Below, piece after piece: positions 40,342 to 50,800 of a stretch of DNA of 64,000 nucleotides. This DNA is from a virus. Lineage: Duplodnaviria; Caudoviricetes. How positions within the stretch are numbered: the first letter of the stretch is position 1; each line of letters opens with the position of its first letter. The notes beneath the pieces were generated by a model. That model did not search any database, was not told the origin of the DNA, and saw only the letters and a program-made list of their open reading frames with translations. Location: positions 32,001 through 96,000 of IMG/VR virus record IMGVR_UViG_3300033121_001553. The stretch is one strand, 5' to 3'. The position numbers were made by a program, and so were the translations under genes.

Positions 40342-41517
40342 TTATTCGATAACGCTAACTTTCAACGGAAAATTGAACTTGTAGCCAGGAATTTTTACGC
40401 CATTTGTTGCCATTGCTGTCAACGGTTCAATGTCATCGTTAGAAGCATCAATAATGATCGCATCGTGTATGATCGCAATTGGGGCTGAATTTTTTGCTGA
40501 TGATAGCAGCTCGATGTAACCGTATAGAGCGGCATCTGCTGCTGTACTTTGAGCGTAGTAGCTAGCGCACAATGCTGCACTTGCGTTGTCTTCTGACTCA
40601 AATTTGCAAACACGACCGAACTTATTCTTTATCGTGCTATCATCTTTCATGTCAGAGTAATCGTCGATCTTGAATATCGACTTTGTTTTTGCAACTATAT
40701 TCGCTGCTGTATTTTTTTGCATTCCAGCAAGAATAGCGACTGTTTCTACAGATGCACCGTAAACAATCGGATTGAATATAGCTTTCGCTACATCGCGCGA
40801 AAGATCAACACCGAGCATTTTTACGAACTGCGTGTATATGTCAGACTGAGGTACGATATCTGCTTCTTGAGCAAGAACTCGCGGCTCTATCGAGCTGTAG
40901 TCTACGTACAATAGCTTATCACGCTTTGGCACCAGAATATGTCTGACTTCTTTTGGAAGCGTCATATATCTTGGGCCTGAAACAATCTTTGTCCTACCAG
41001 TAGATGTCTCTGTTCTATTGTACTTCGGCACTTCAAGAAGACAGCTTTTGTCTCTCGGCAAAAATGTCTTGAGCACGTTTGCGTTAGAGTCATTCAACGC
41101 TGCTCTCATACGCTGAATGTTTACTTTGCCCGGCTCTAGCATATCGAAGATGCTATTTGAGTCAGAATAAAATCCGTTGTAGTACTTTATTGCACCATCA
41201 TGAATAACGTCTACGCATTGCAAGAAAAAATGCTGAAGTACTTCTATGTACTTTGCTTTTGGCAAAGCCATGCTGGGTATGAATTTTGTATCGAAGAACG
41301 CGTACGGCTTTTTGTATTTTGCGTCAATTACGATCTCTGGAACAGAGAGACCTGAGACTTGCGCAAGACTTCGTACGCATCCAGAATTAAAATTCTTACT
41401 AGAGATAATCCAGTCGTACTTGAGATCTTCTTGATAAATCTTAATTCTAGCAGACTGATCATCGTAAAGTACACTCTTGTCTTCATTAATGAATTCTTCC
41501 TTTGCGAGGATCAACAA
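40342..41517 (-). CDS. Short family-A DNA polymerase-like protein
   Basis: TSTGR, motif A VDYSSIEPR, motif B RDVAK...VYG, QSTAAD, motif C IHDA; no recognisable exonuclease motifs. Confidence 0.8.
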   Translation of the reverse strand: MLILAKEEFINEDKSVLYDDQSARIKIYQEDLKYDWIISSKNFNSGCVRSLAQVSGLSVPEIVIDAKYKKPYAFFDTKFIPSMALPKAKYIEVLQHFFLQCVDVIHDGAIKYYNGFYSDSNSIFDMLEPGKVNIQRMRAALNDSNANVLKTFLPRDKSCLLEVPKYNRTETSTGRTKIVSGPRYMTLPKEVRHILVPKRDKLLYVDYSSIEPRVLAQEADIVPQSDIYTQFVKMLGVDLSRDVAKAIFNPIVYGASVETVAILAGMQKNTAANIVAKTKSIFKIDDYSDMKDDSTIKNKFGRVCKFESEDNASAALCASYYAQSTAADAALYGYIELLSSAKNSAPIAIIHDAIIIDASNDDIEPLTAMATNGVKIPGYKFNFPLKVSVIE

Positions 41518-41550
41518 GATAATTGTATTTTAATTTAACCAGCGATCAAG

Positions 41551-44331
41551 TCACTTTACAGCACTTTTAAGATCTTCATTAACACGCTGAATTGCTCTAA
41601 CGAACGACGTGTAACGTGGATACGCATCATTGAAACTTAGTTTCCACGACGTTTCGAATTTTCCAGACGCTATCGTATGGCTCAATGACGTAACGATGTA
41701 CATGTTGTCAAGCGTGGTACCAGTTCCAAAGTCGAAAAAGAATTTTTGTGCAAATGAGACAAGCGGACATCCAACTGTTACCATCGTAAGTTCACCTGGA
41801 TACACAAGCATGGGCACACCGCCAACACCAGAACCGTTTGGCTCAACAGGGTTGCTACGTCCTTGAGACTTCATATTACCAGCTGCAATAAGCTGATTCT
41901 GCTGCGACGATACGCTTATCGACTTGATCATTGAATTATTCGTTCCCCACGTGATAGTTGGAACAATTTGCGTTATTGCGCGTTTTATGACGTCAATGTT
42001 ACCATCGACGTGAACGTACTCTGCGCCGTCGCCACCAGTCTTTGTTTCGATCTTGACATCAAAGCCGCCAGACGAGAGTTTCTCGCTTAGTTCTTTTATC
42101 TTTGCGATGAATGGTCCACGTTGCTCCTTCAACGCTCCATCAGACACGAAAGCATCTGGCTTAAGCGTAAGCTGCTTCAGTATGTGGTCTACGGGACCGT
42201 ACGGTTGCATCTGCTTATCGAATACATGCAACCGTAGTATCTTACTTCCCTCGTATACTGTCGATCCGCTATCAGCGATGCGCATTCTTGGAAGCGTTTC
42301 AAGATGCATGTGAACAACTGGAAACGCAAACGTGCCACCATACTGCTTCAGTTTTTCATCAAGTGCGCTTGTAAAGGCTTTGGTATCTTTATACTTTTTC
42401 TTATCAACAGCTGGTTCACGTTGTTTAGCAGTACGTGGCATGTACAGTTCTGCAAGACCGTATCCATCGCTTCTGTAGTCTTTGAGAAAGTTGTCGCTTA
42501 CGAATGTAAGAAAGTCGTATATCGACATATCAGACGCTCCGCTATCTTTAAGCCTCTCAGAGAACAGTTCTTTGAATAGTCCAACGTCTATCGGAAAGTC
42601 ACCGATATTTCTTGAGCTTGCCGCACCGCACGTAGAACCGAACGTGTAGAAGAACAGCTGCGCTTCTTCGATACCATCGTACTGCGATACAGCAGGACCA
42701 AGAACAAAAACGGACATCACTTGAGAAAGAGAAACGTACTTCAAAGGTTTTCCAGCAACGTTTTGTTCGTAGAATTTCTCGAATCCTGGCGCGTCTGCCG
42801 GCGACTTAACGTAAGCGTCTTTATTAAGCAAATCTAGTTTGTTACTGATACGTCTCTTTATATGCTGAGCATGTCTTTCCTTCAGCGAAAGAACTTTTTT
42901 CTTGTCTTTGTCGTCAGGGTCTAGGCTGAATGCTTCTGTGATTTTATCAGATAGCTGTTTTGCAGCTTCATTTATTTGGCCTGTCGCAGGTTGCCCTTTA
43001 CCATTATCAGACTTCCCATCAGGGCTCTTACCAGCAAGCACATTCTTCAATTTCTGTACAGCTTCTTGTAGCTTATTGCCTTCCAGATCAGATGGCAGCT
43101 CTCCGCGAGATGCTGCTTCAAGCAGCTGAGATGCGCGCAAGTCTGGCATGAAGTCAAGCTTCATTTGCGTACGCACCTCCTTTGAAAGCTCAGTTATCTC
43201 CTCAAGCACATTTTGAAGATTAGTAGTGCCACCAACTTTTATTGCATGAGTCTCCGTTGCGCCTTTCATCGCAAGATCCAGAGAAATCTTTATCTGACCG
43301 GCTGGATCCAATGCATAAGTTGCTGATTTTACGCCATAAATCTCACGGCATTTTAGTGTATTCATGAATTCACCATAAACGCTTGAGTTGACATCGTTGT
43401 CAGGATGCTGCCAACCGTACTCTATATCGATGCTTGTTTTCGCGTAAAAGTCTGGCTTGATCAAATCTGCAATCTCGGTCAATCTTGAACGATCATGCAG
43501 TATGATTTCAAGCTTTGCAGTTTTGTACGCAAGAGGACCAGTCATCGACACAACATTAACGCTAAAATTTTCTATAGACATCAGCGGACGTGTCTTGTCA
43601 AGAACAGGAACGTATCTGTTCGACGGTACGTAAACCTCGTCAAGGTTCAACAGCGTTTGCGGTGATGTGAATAGATCCATAGCTGTCTGCGTGACATCGA
43701 TCGCTTTTTTTCCAATCAACGCTTGCTTTTTTACGCCAGCAAGCAATTTATCAGCCGACTTTTGATCGACAGGCGCGCCGCCAGAGAAAAATTTGATAAG
43801 TGACGTCCCGACAGCACGACCCATGTGATCGAGCGGAGCGCGTGGCAGCTGCATTCGTACATCTATGTACGGCATACACCTAGCGAGTTCTATCGACGGT
43901 ATCGCTTTCATGAACGTTGTTATCTTGTTTACGTTTCTAACGTTCATTGATAGATACGGTACATCACATTTCACAACGCAAGATTTTCTAGATAGCGGTA
44001 CATTAATACCAATAGCTACGGCAGTTTCATATACCTCAGTTCCAAGTCCTTGCACTATTCCAACAGAAGTATAACAACGTAGATACTTCTTGAGATTTTT
44101 ACCATCATCAGATCTAGCAAATTCTTCTATCTGACTCTTTATGTCGTCTGAACCTGCGACGCCGTCTGAACGTGAATGAACCAATAGCTCAAGCAAGAAT
44201 TCAAGCGCACCGTCGCTACGATTTTTTGACGGATCTGCATTGAGCTGTGTTACAGCGGGATCGTCTACAAACTGCGTTAGATCTTTTGGTCTAAGATAGT
44301 TGTAGAATCTTTCTAGAGAGCCAGCAGGCAT
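41551..44331 (-). CDS. Putative baseplate hub protein
   Basis: 926 aa; IEYGW motif and C-terminal YIVTSLSHTI..GKFETS typical of gp27/gpD-type hubs; follows the LysM gene. Confidence 0.6.
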   Translation of the reverse strand: MPAGSLERFYNYLRPKDLTQFVDDPAVTQLNADPSKNRSDGALEFLLELLVHSRSDGVAGSDDIKSQIEEFARSDDGKNLKKYLRCYTSVGIVQGLGTEVYETAVAIGINVPLSRKSCVVKCDVPYLSMNVRNVNKITTFMKAIPSIELARCMPYIDVRMQLPRAPLDHMGRAVGTSLIKFFSGGAPVDQKSADKLLAGVKKQALIGKKAIDVTQTAMDLFTSPQTLLNLDEVYVPSNRYVPVLDKTRPLMSIENFSVNVVSMTGPLAYKTAKLEIILHDRSRLTEIADLIKPDFYAKTSIDIEYGWQHPDNDVNSSVYGEFMNTLKCREIYGVKSATYALDPAGQIKISLDLAMKGATETHAIKVGGTTNLQNVLEEITELSKEVRTQMKLDFMPDLRASQLLEAASRGELPSDLEGNKLQEAVQKLKNVLAGKSPDGKSDNGKGQPATGQINEAAKQLSDKITEAFSLDPDDKDKKKVLSLKERHAQHIKRRISNKLDLLNKDAYVKSPADAPGFEKFYEQNVAGKPLKYVSLSQVMSVFVLGPAVSQYDGIEEAQLFFYTFGSTCGAASSRNIGDFPIDVGLFKELFSERLKDSGASDMSIYDFLTFVSDNFLKDYRSDGYGLAELYMPRTAKQREPAVDKKKYKDTKAFTSALDEKLKQYGGTFAFPVVHMHLETLPRMRIADSGSTVYEGSKILRLHVFDKQMQPYGPVDHILKQLTLKPDAFVSDGALKEQRGPFIAKIKELSEKLSSGGFDVKIETKTGGDGAEYVHVDGNIDVIKRAITQIVPTITWGTNNSMIKSISVSSQQNQLIAAGNMKSQGRSNPVEPNGSGVGGVPMLVYPGELTMVTVGCPLVSFAQKFFFDFGTGTTLDNMYIVTSLSHTIASGKFETSWKLSFNDAYPRYTSFVRAIQRVNEDLKSAVK

Positions 44332-44624
44332 TATCCAACGTACTCCGCTACTTGATTAATGTCGGGTATAATAATGACTGTTCCGGGCGGAACTTGAATG
44401 CCCCAACCGATTCCGCTAGCTGCTGCGATGACCCACCAGTAACGTCCGTCGCCGTAAACTTTTCCAGCAATCGTATCAAGTCGTTCACCTTCTTGCAGCA
44501 CACTTTCGCTATACGCGATCGTTCCATCTCTCACGGCGCGCCATATAGCGCTTGAAGCACGTGAGATTCCAATTGCGTTTCCGCCATCGATTCTTGATGA
44601 TCTGCTGTATCTGCTAAAAGGCAT
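44331..44624 (-). CDS. LysM-domain baseplate wedge protein (gp53/tail X-like)
   Basis: GERLDTIAGKVYGDGRYWWVIAAAS...VPPGTVIIIP. Confidence 0.85.
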   Translation of the reverse strand: MPFSRYSRSSRIDGGNAIGISRASSAIWRAVRDGTIAYSESVLQEGERLDTIAGKVYGDGRYWWVIAAASGIGWGIQVPPGTVIIIPDINQVAEYVG

Positions 44625-44627
44625 TTA

Positions 44628-47624
44628 TCAACTCTTCTTGTCATCCGGTGGAACACTCTTTCCAGCCATATTACCAACTGGATACACAAATGCTCTGTTG
44701 AAACCATTATGATCGATACCTGGCGCGATGTCGTGGATCGGAGAGATATCCATCGTTACTTTAACGCTCATTGGACCGCGTGATCCCGGCGTAACGCTGA
44801 ATGTTCTTCCTCCGTCGCCTACGCCCCAGTCGAATGCAAGCGACTCTATCACGCATGCGAGTCCTTCACCACCAGCCGATCTGAATGATCTAACGATAGC
44901 ATTCTTCTCATGTGAGAAAAAATCTTTGATCTTCTCAGATGCTTCTTGACCTGACTTCTTTGTATCGAAAAATTTAGGCGTCCATTTTATAAATCTCAAC
45001 GGAATACGATATTTTGTATTGTAAGCTCCCTCTATCGCATTCTCAAGATCTTTAAAACGTCCTTTGTACTGTTTCTTTACTCTAATTTTCGCATCATAGC
45101 TGTAATTCCCATTTGTAGTAATACCAATGTCGCTTACAGCAACATCAGTTAGCTCAATAAACTGTATCCAATGACCTTTAATATTGAGCTCAGACTTATC
45201 TTCTTTGCTGACACCTGGGATAGAAGGCATACTTACGCCTATTCCACCTTCTGACGGTTGAAATGTTACACCGCTCGCATTTTCTTTCAATTCAACGTAA
45301 TAATCATTACTATTTATGTTATTAAGCAAAACATCACTTTGCTCTTGAAAGTCTTTGGCTGCTGTAGCAGCGTCTAGTTTTTCGCCTTCGATTGCAAAGT
45401 CTTTCATACCAGCGCCAAACAAACGTGCGAGAGCAAACTTTGTGTAGTTTGAGCGTATCAAGTCGCCAAAACGTATGCGTACAAGCGGTCCTGTAGCTGG
45501 TACTTGCGTAAATGGTTGTACTATCGTTGTTTTGTCACTTGATGATAGTACATCACCCTTTGTCCACTGCGGATAAACAAGTGTTGTAAGCTTGTTTATC
45601 TTCAGCCACATCTCGTCAAAGTCTGACTCGCTTGTTGCAACGATCCAAAATGACATATTGATTTTTCGTGCTGTTGTTTTGTATATCTTCACAGAGTCAA
45701 CACGTCCGTACATATCATTTGATTCGTACTGAGCTGCGTATGAGTCTGTCAACGACGTAACAAAAGCATGAAATGACATTATCTCGTTTGTGCGTAGATC
45801 GTGAAAATAGAATGGAAAATAATGAGAATCAAGCTCTTTTTCCATTGCTTCACGTGTTTCTACATCGATTCGTGTTACTTCATCTTTAACTCTTTGAACA
45901 AGAACAGATGAGTTATTTCGCGCGCCAGCTTCCTTCAAAGCGACAAGCTCTGGTGAAATCCCACCAATACCACGCAGTAGTACACCAGCGCCAAGCACAG
46001 CTTGTGGCATCAAGTAAATTGCTGCAGCACGTTTCTGAGCCCACGCGAGCGTGTGTCCATCTCGCAGATAGCTCTTAGCAACGTGCTGAGCTCCATCATC
46101 GTACCTATTTACGTCCCACGAAACGCTCTTCAACGAATCCTTATTACGCTCAAGCTCAGCATCACCAACTTTACCGAAGATGTTTATCACAGCGATTATC
46201 TTCGATGACTTGATAACGTTCATGATAGCGCCGATGCCTTCAACAATTCCAAGTGGATCTGTGATGCTGAAGCTATCTGCTATATTACCAATTGACGTGC
46301 CTATCTGATTTGCAGATCTGAACAACATTCTGAAGAATACGATGTAGTAGCCAGGATTGTTTGCAATAGAGTCTGCTCTTGGCTTCGTTAGCGGAATAGG
46401 CAACTGACCAAGTGGATTCAGCAATTCTATCAAGCTGTCCATACCAAACGTTGCAGCCATACCTTTCTCTACGGCTTTATCAAGAGGATTAACAGTAGGC
46501 GTAATACCGATCGCATTTAGTATTGAACTTGATAGCTTGAAACCACTGTACACTTCAGGCTGCACATTTTCGCCAAGTGGTCTACGACCTATTCGTGTAA
46601 TATCTCTTTTTTCCCACTTGGAACCGCCACCGTTCGCAGGTATCAAAGAAAGTATTTTTGTAAGAACGAAGATAGATACTACAGAACCAAGCAACAATGC
46701 GTACGCAAGAGTAGCTTGCGCGATTGGCACAAGACCGTCGAACGGTTCTTCCGTCGTATTCATCGATCCGTAAGAATCGCTATTGTACGAAGTAAGACTG
46801 TCTGGATCTTTCGGGCTAACCTGTCCCTGCTGCTCAGCGTTATATAGCCTTGCAAGTGCTTCTTTAGCATTGAAGTTATCAACATTCGCTTTCAAGATAC
46901 CCATTTGAACAGCGCCCGGCAACAAGTTGCCTGCGGAGTTCGCTTCTGGATCGTATCCGTATTCGTTTGAGTCGAGTTTACCAGCAGCACGCTGCGACAG
47001 CAAGCTACCGATTTTTAGCATTGTATTTTGACGTATTGGCGTTGGGCGTGTCAAGAAGTTAGACACTGTCGACTCAATGCCGAGCGTTGGATCTTTATCG
47101 CGCTTTGTAAGCTCGTCTACGCCAGAGCGTCCAGTAATGTTCGTAAAATGAAGCGCTGGATTTTCATCAACGCCGCGAGCGATGTCGGGTCTATAAACGT
47201 TTGCTCCAGACTTCAACAGCTGATCAACGTATTTCGTCCCATCGGGCTCGTCTGCTATAACCTTCGATGCTGGAACTTTACCAGCATCACCAGTACGTTC
47301 TCTATCGATCGTTCCTGGATAGCCAAGCCTGTTGTACGATTCGTGTTGCTGAAGTCTTGCAACGTCCACGTACGCACCTTCGCCAGCGAATGTTCCGTAT
47401 ACAGTCGAAGTCTCTATATTCGTTTCCATTGTAAATACGCTCGGTTTGTACTGATTTACCTTCAGTTTTGTCTTTATGTAAGAACCGATCGTTTCACGTG
47501 TCTTTTTACTTATGTCGTCGCCTTGAACGACACTTACAGCAGCGCGCTCTTCATTGCTACGATCTGCCCCAGTATCGAAAACAATCTCTACGGGACCATT
47601 TTCAGTCTCTATTGTTGACGGCAT
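44628..47624 (-). CDS. Putative baseplate/tail-tube initiator protein
   Basis: 998 aa; FHAFVTSLTDSY..YGRVD..YK.T.RKI.MSF tube-like domain; directly after the tape measure gene region. Confidence 0.6.
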   Translation of the reverse strand: MPSTIETENGPVEIVFDTGADRSNEERAAVSVVQGDDISKKTRETIGSYIKTKLKVNQYKPSVFTMETNIETSTVYGTFAGEGAYVDVARLQQHESYNRLGYPGTIDRERTGDAGKVPASKVIADEPDGTKYVDQLLKSGANVYRPDIARGVDENPALHFTNITGRSGVDELTKRDKDPTLGIESTVSNFLTRPTPIRQNTMLKIGSLLSQRAAGKLDSNEYGYDPEANSAGNLLPGAVQMGILKANVDNFNAKEALARLYNAEQQGQVSPKDPDSLTSYNSDSYGSMNTTEEPFDGLVPIAQATLAYALLLGSVVSIFVLTKILSLIPANGGGSKWEKRDITRIGRRPLGENVQPEVYSGFKLSSSILNAIGITPTVNPLDKAVEKGMAATFGMDSLIELLNPLGQLPIPLTKPRADSIANNPGYYIVFFRMLFRSANQIGTSIGNIADSFSITDPLGIVEGIGAIMNVIKSSKIIAVINIFGKVGDAELERNKDSLKSVSWDVNRYDDGAQHVAKSYLRDGHTLAWAQKRAAAIYLMPQAVLGAGVLLRGIGGISPELVALKEAGARNNSSVLVQRVKDEVTRIDVETREAMEKELDSHYFPFYFHDLRTNEIMSFHAFVTSLTDSYAAQYESNDMYGRVDSVKIYKTTARKINMSFWIVATSESDFDEMWLKINKLTTLVYPQWTKGDVLSSSDKTTIVQPFTQVPATGPLVRIRFGDLIRSNYTKFALARLFGAGMKDFAIEGEKLDAATAAKDFQEQSDVLLNNINSNDYYVELKENASGVTFQPSEGGIGVSMPSIPGVSKEDKSELNIKGHWIQFIELTDVAVSDIGITTNGNYSYDAKIRVKKQYKGRFKDLENAIEGAYNTKYRIPLRFIKWTPKFFDTKKSGQEASEKIKDFFSHEKNAIVRSFRSAGGEGLACVIESLAFDWGVGDGGRTFSVTPGSRGPMSVKVTMDISPIHDIAPGIDHNGFNRAFVYPVGNMAGKSVPPDDKKS

Positions 47625-47856
47625 TGCTTGCTTGGATAACTAGTTCATCTTTATTTTTTCCAGTTAGACGAGATGCAACATCAGCAAGTGGCATAATCCC
47701 GTTGTTAACCATCTGCGCAACGTAGCTACGCAAAGCTGAGACGACTTTTTCTTGCTCTTCGTTGTTTAGCTCTGCAAGCTTTGGCTTTAGCGCTACAAGA
47801 ACGTGTTCAACGATACTATCGATCGCAACTTCATTCGACTGTTTTTTAAACTTCAT
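47602..47856 (-). CDS. Small hypothetical protein
   Basis: 84-aa ORF between tape measure and baseplate genes. Confidence 0.65.
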   Translation of the reverse strand: MKFKKQSNEVAIDSIVEHVLVALKPKLAELNNEEQEKVVSALRSYVAQMVNNGIMPLADVASRLTGKNKDELVIQASNAVNNRD

Positions 47857-47874
47857 CGTGTTAGATAATAATCA

Positions 47875-50800
47875 TCAGTCGGGCAACGAACCTTCATTCT
47901 TCAGATCTGTTGCTGGGAATCCTTCTTTCGTTTCGTACGCTGCATTCACTAGGTGCTGACGTATCACGGAAGACTTACGCTTGATGATCACGTTTTCGAC
48001 CTTACCAGCTTCCATCGTAACGTTCAAATTGACGTTTATAACAACGTCTTTGTTCTGTATCTGGTAGTTGAACTTACCACCGAGCCCAACACCTTTTGCG
48101 ACGGCTTCAAGCTTCGCTGGAACATTGATCGTGTTGAGCTTTCCATCAGCTAGAGTATCATTAAGCTCATTTACTCGCTTAATCATATCAGAAACTGCAG
48201 AAAGCGAACGTTCAATACCACCAGACTTTATCGCATTACCAATCTTCGTCAGTTTCTCAGACGCAGAGATGATGTCAGCTGCGAATGAATCACTAAGAGT
48301 GAACGAAATTATCTTGATGTTATCAGACATCATTGCAAATGAGCTTGTATCAACTTGAGTCATTTGCACCGTTGCTACTTCTCCCATCGCAGATGCGAGA
48401 TTACGCATTGAAAGCAACGCATCTGATACGCTGGTAGAAATTTGCTTGACTGTCTGAACTGTGCTTTCAAGCGTACCAACAACACCGCTTGACTGCGAGA
48501 ATAGCTCGAATACGTTCATCTTTGACGTAAGCGTGCTAATGAATCCTTCAATAGACGATGAGATACCCATCAAAACATCACCTATGCTAGTGAATGCTGT
48601 ATCTGCATTGTCTACGTTCTTTGGAACGCTCTTTGTCGCAGAGCTCATCGAAGAAATAAATCCACCGAACGATGTAATGGCTTTCGAGATAGCATCGATT
48701 TTTGAGATATCTTTGCTCGTAAGCTGTTCTGCACCAGCGATAAGCGAATTTATGATCCCGCCAGTCATCGCCGGTAGCAGCTCTTTCATACCTTCAAGAT
48801 ACGTTGATATAAACTTACCAGCCGCACCGATCGCATTAGGATCGATGCCTGCTGCAAGCGCGCCGCCGCCAACAGAAGACTTCAGCGTTTCAAGCATCTT
48901 ATCAGATGGCATGATAGACTTCAAAACATTAGCGAAGCTTGACATGATAGAACCCATGCGTTCCATCTTCGTCAAGTTTTCGTCTGTGATCTTTGCAAAT
49001 TCAGGCGAGTTCATACGTCCGATGATCAAGTCGATAACTGTGCCGATCTTTTGTATCATCGAGCCAGCGAAGTACCCAACTTCTTCAAGCGTGTTTATTC
49101 CAGCAAGTTTTGGAAGAACTGACTTTGCGCCATCGATGATTTCACCGCTTGGCGTCAAAGCTTTCATTATCTCCGACGTTGCACGAAGTGAACTTGTCAA
49201 AAAGTTCATCGACTTCTCAAGCTCAGCAGTTACATTGAGCTCTGACGCTTTCTTTACAATCGTGTCTATCGTAAACTGCAGCGCAGATATTGTAGTACCA
49301 ACGAATGTGCCGATCTCGCTCAACGTATCAGTGAAGCTAGGTCCTATGAGACCGTATAGTTGACCCAAACCAGGCTTCGCAAGCTCGATGACAGATACCA
49401 TCGAAGATGAAAACTTACTAAATGTGTCTACAACATCAACGAAAATTTTAACTTTTGGACCTATTACGGATGGCTCCGGAAGCTGTTCTATCTTTGTAAG
49501 AAGATTTTTAACTTGCTCTACCATCTGCTCGCTAAATGCAGACACTGCTTTTATGCCAACGACTATTGATACAAAAGTGAACGGATTCATCGTTAGCAGA
49601 CCGACACCAGACATTGCGATAATAGAAAGTCCCAGTGCACCAAGCGTTACAGCTAGACTGCGCATCAACGATGTACCACGCTCTATTTTACTAATTTCGT
49701 CATCTTTCATGTCTTTGAAGACAGCGCCAATCATCGTAATCCCAATGGCGAATACTCCAATCGTTGCTGCAATACCAGCGAGTGCTCCACCAATCACGCC
49801 AGCGATCGCCGCTCCACCGACACCAGACTGAACAGCAACAGCTATGATACCGCCTATCACACCAACGACTGCCGTCATTGGCACCATTGCAAGAGCAAGC
49901 TTAGCCATGATGCCAACTCCCTTAGAAAGTGTATCAGGGCTTACGCCCATCGCATCTATCGCTTTCATCGCAACGCCAATGATAAACATATTTGTGCTAA
50001 ACGTCAACGTGATACCCGCGATAGTGAGCAATGCAGTACCGATATCTTTCGCTGAGGTGTCTTTCATACGTTTAGCAAGTTCATTAAGCGCTGCCATACC
50101 AACGATCATACCGCCAAGCGTTATCATCGTTTTCGTAAGACTACTGAAAGATACATCTTTCAAAATATCTGCAGCTTCTTTTACACGCTTTGCTAGTGGT
50201 ACAAGCCCGATGTATATCACTATGCCGACAGCAGCAAGTTTCATTGCCATCGTTGCTGCTTCTGCAGCGCCGAACTTTACCTTGCTCATAGCACTTTGGG
50301 CCTTTGCAGTTTGTTGAACTGCTGTAGCTGCAGCTGGCAAATCCTTTGCTTGCTCAGCAAGATCTTTTGCAGTTGATCCTGCATTTGCCGCTGCTGTTGC
50401 AGCCGACCCAGCTTTTTTAGCAACTGCCTCTTGTTTTTTTGTCGCAATCAAATTAACAATACCGGTCGCAAATGCACCAGCGCCTGCAGCAAATACAGAC
50501 TGCATAACAGCCGGACCAAACATTGCCAAGCTAAGGTAGATCATTGCTTTTTTGATCTTTGACTGCACGCTTGGCTTATTGAAATAATCGCCTATTTTAT
50601 CTGTTATGATGTCAAACAAACTCGTAAATGCATCCCAGAGTCCACGCCAAGCATCACTCTTTATAAGCTTGATGATCGGATCAAGTATCTGCATCAAGAT
50701 ACCTTGCGCACCAGACGTATCAAGTGAAAAATCACCTGTCTTAATGAAGTCTATAAGTTTACGAATACCTTCAGTAAGTGTACGTGCGCCCCACTCAAGA

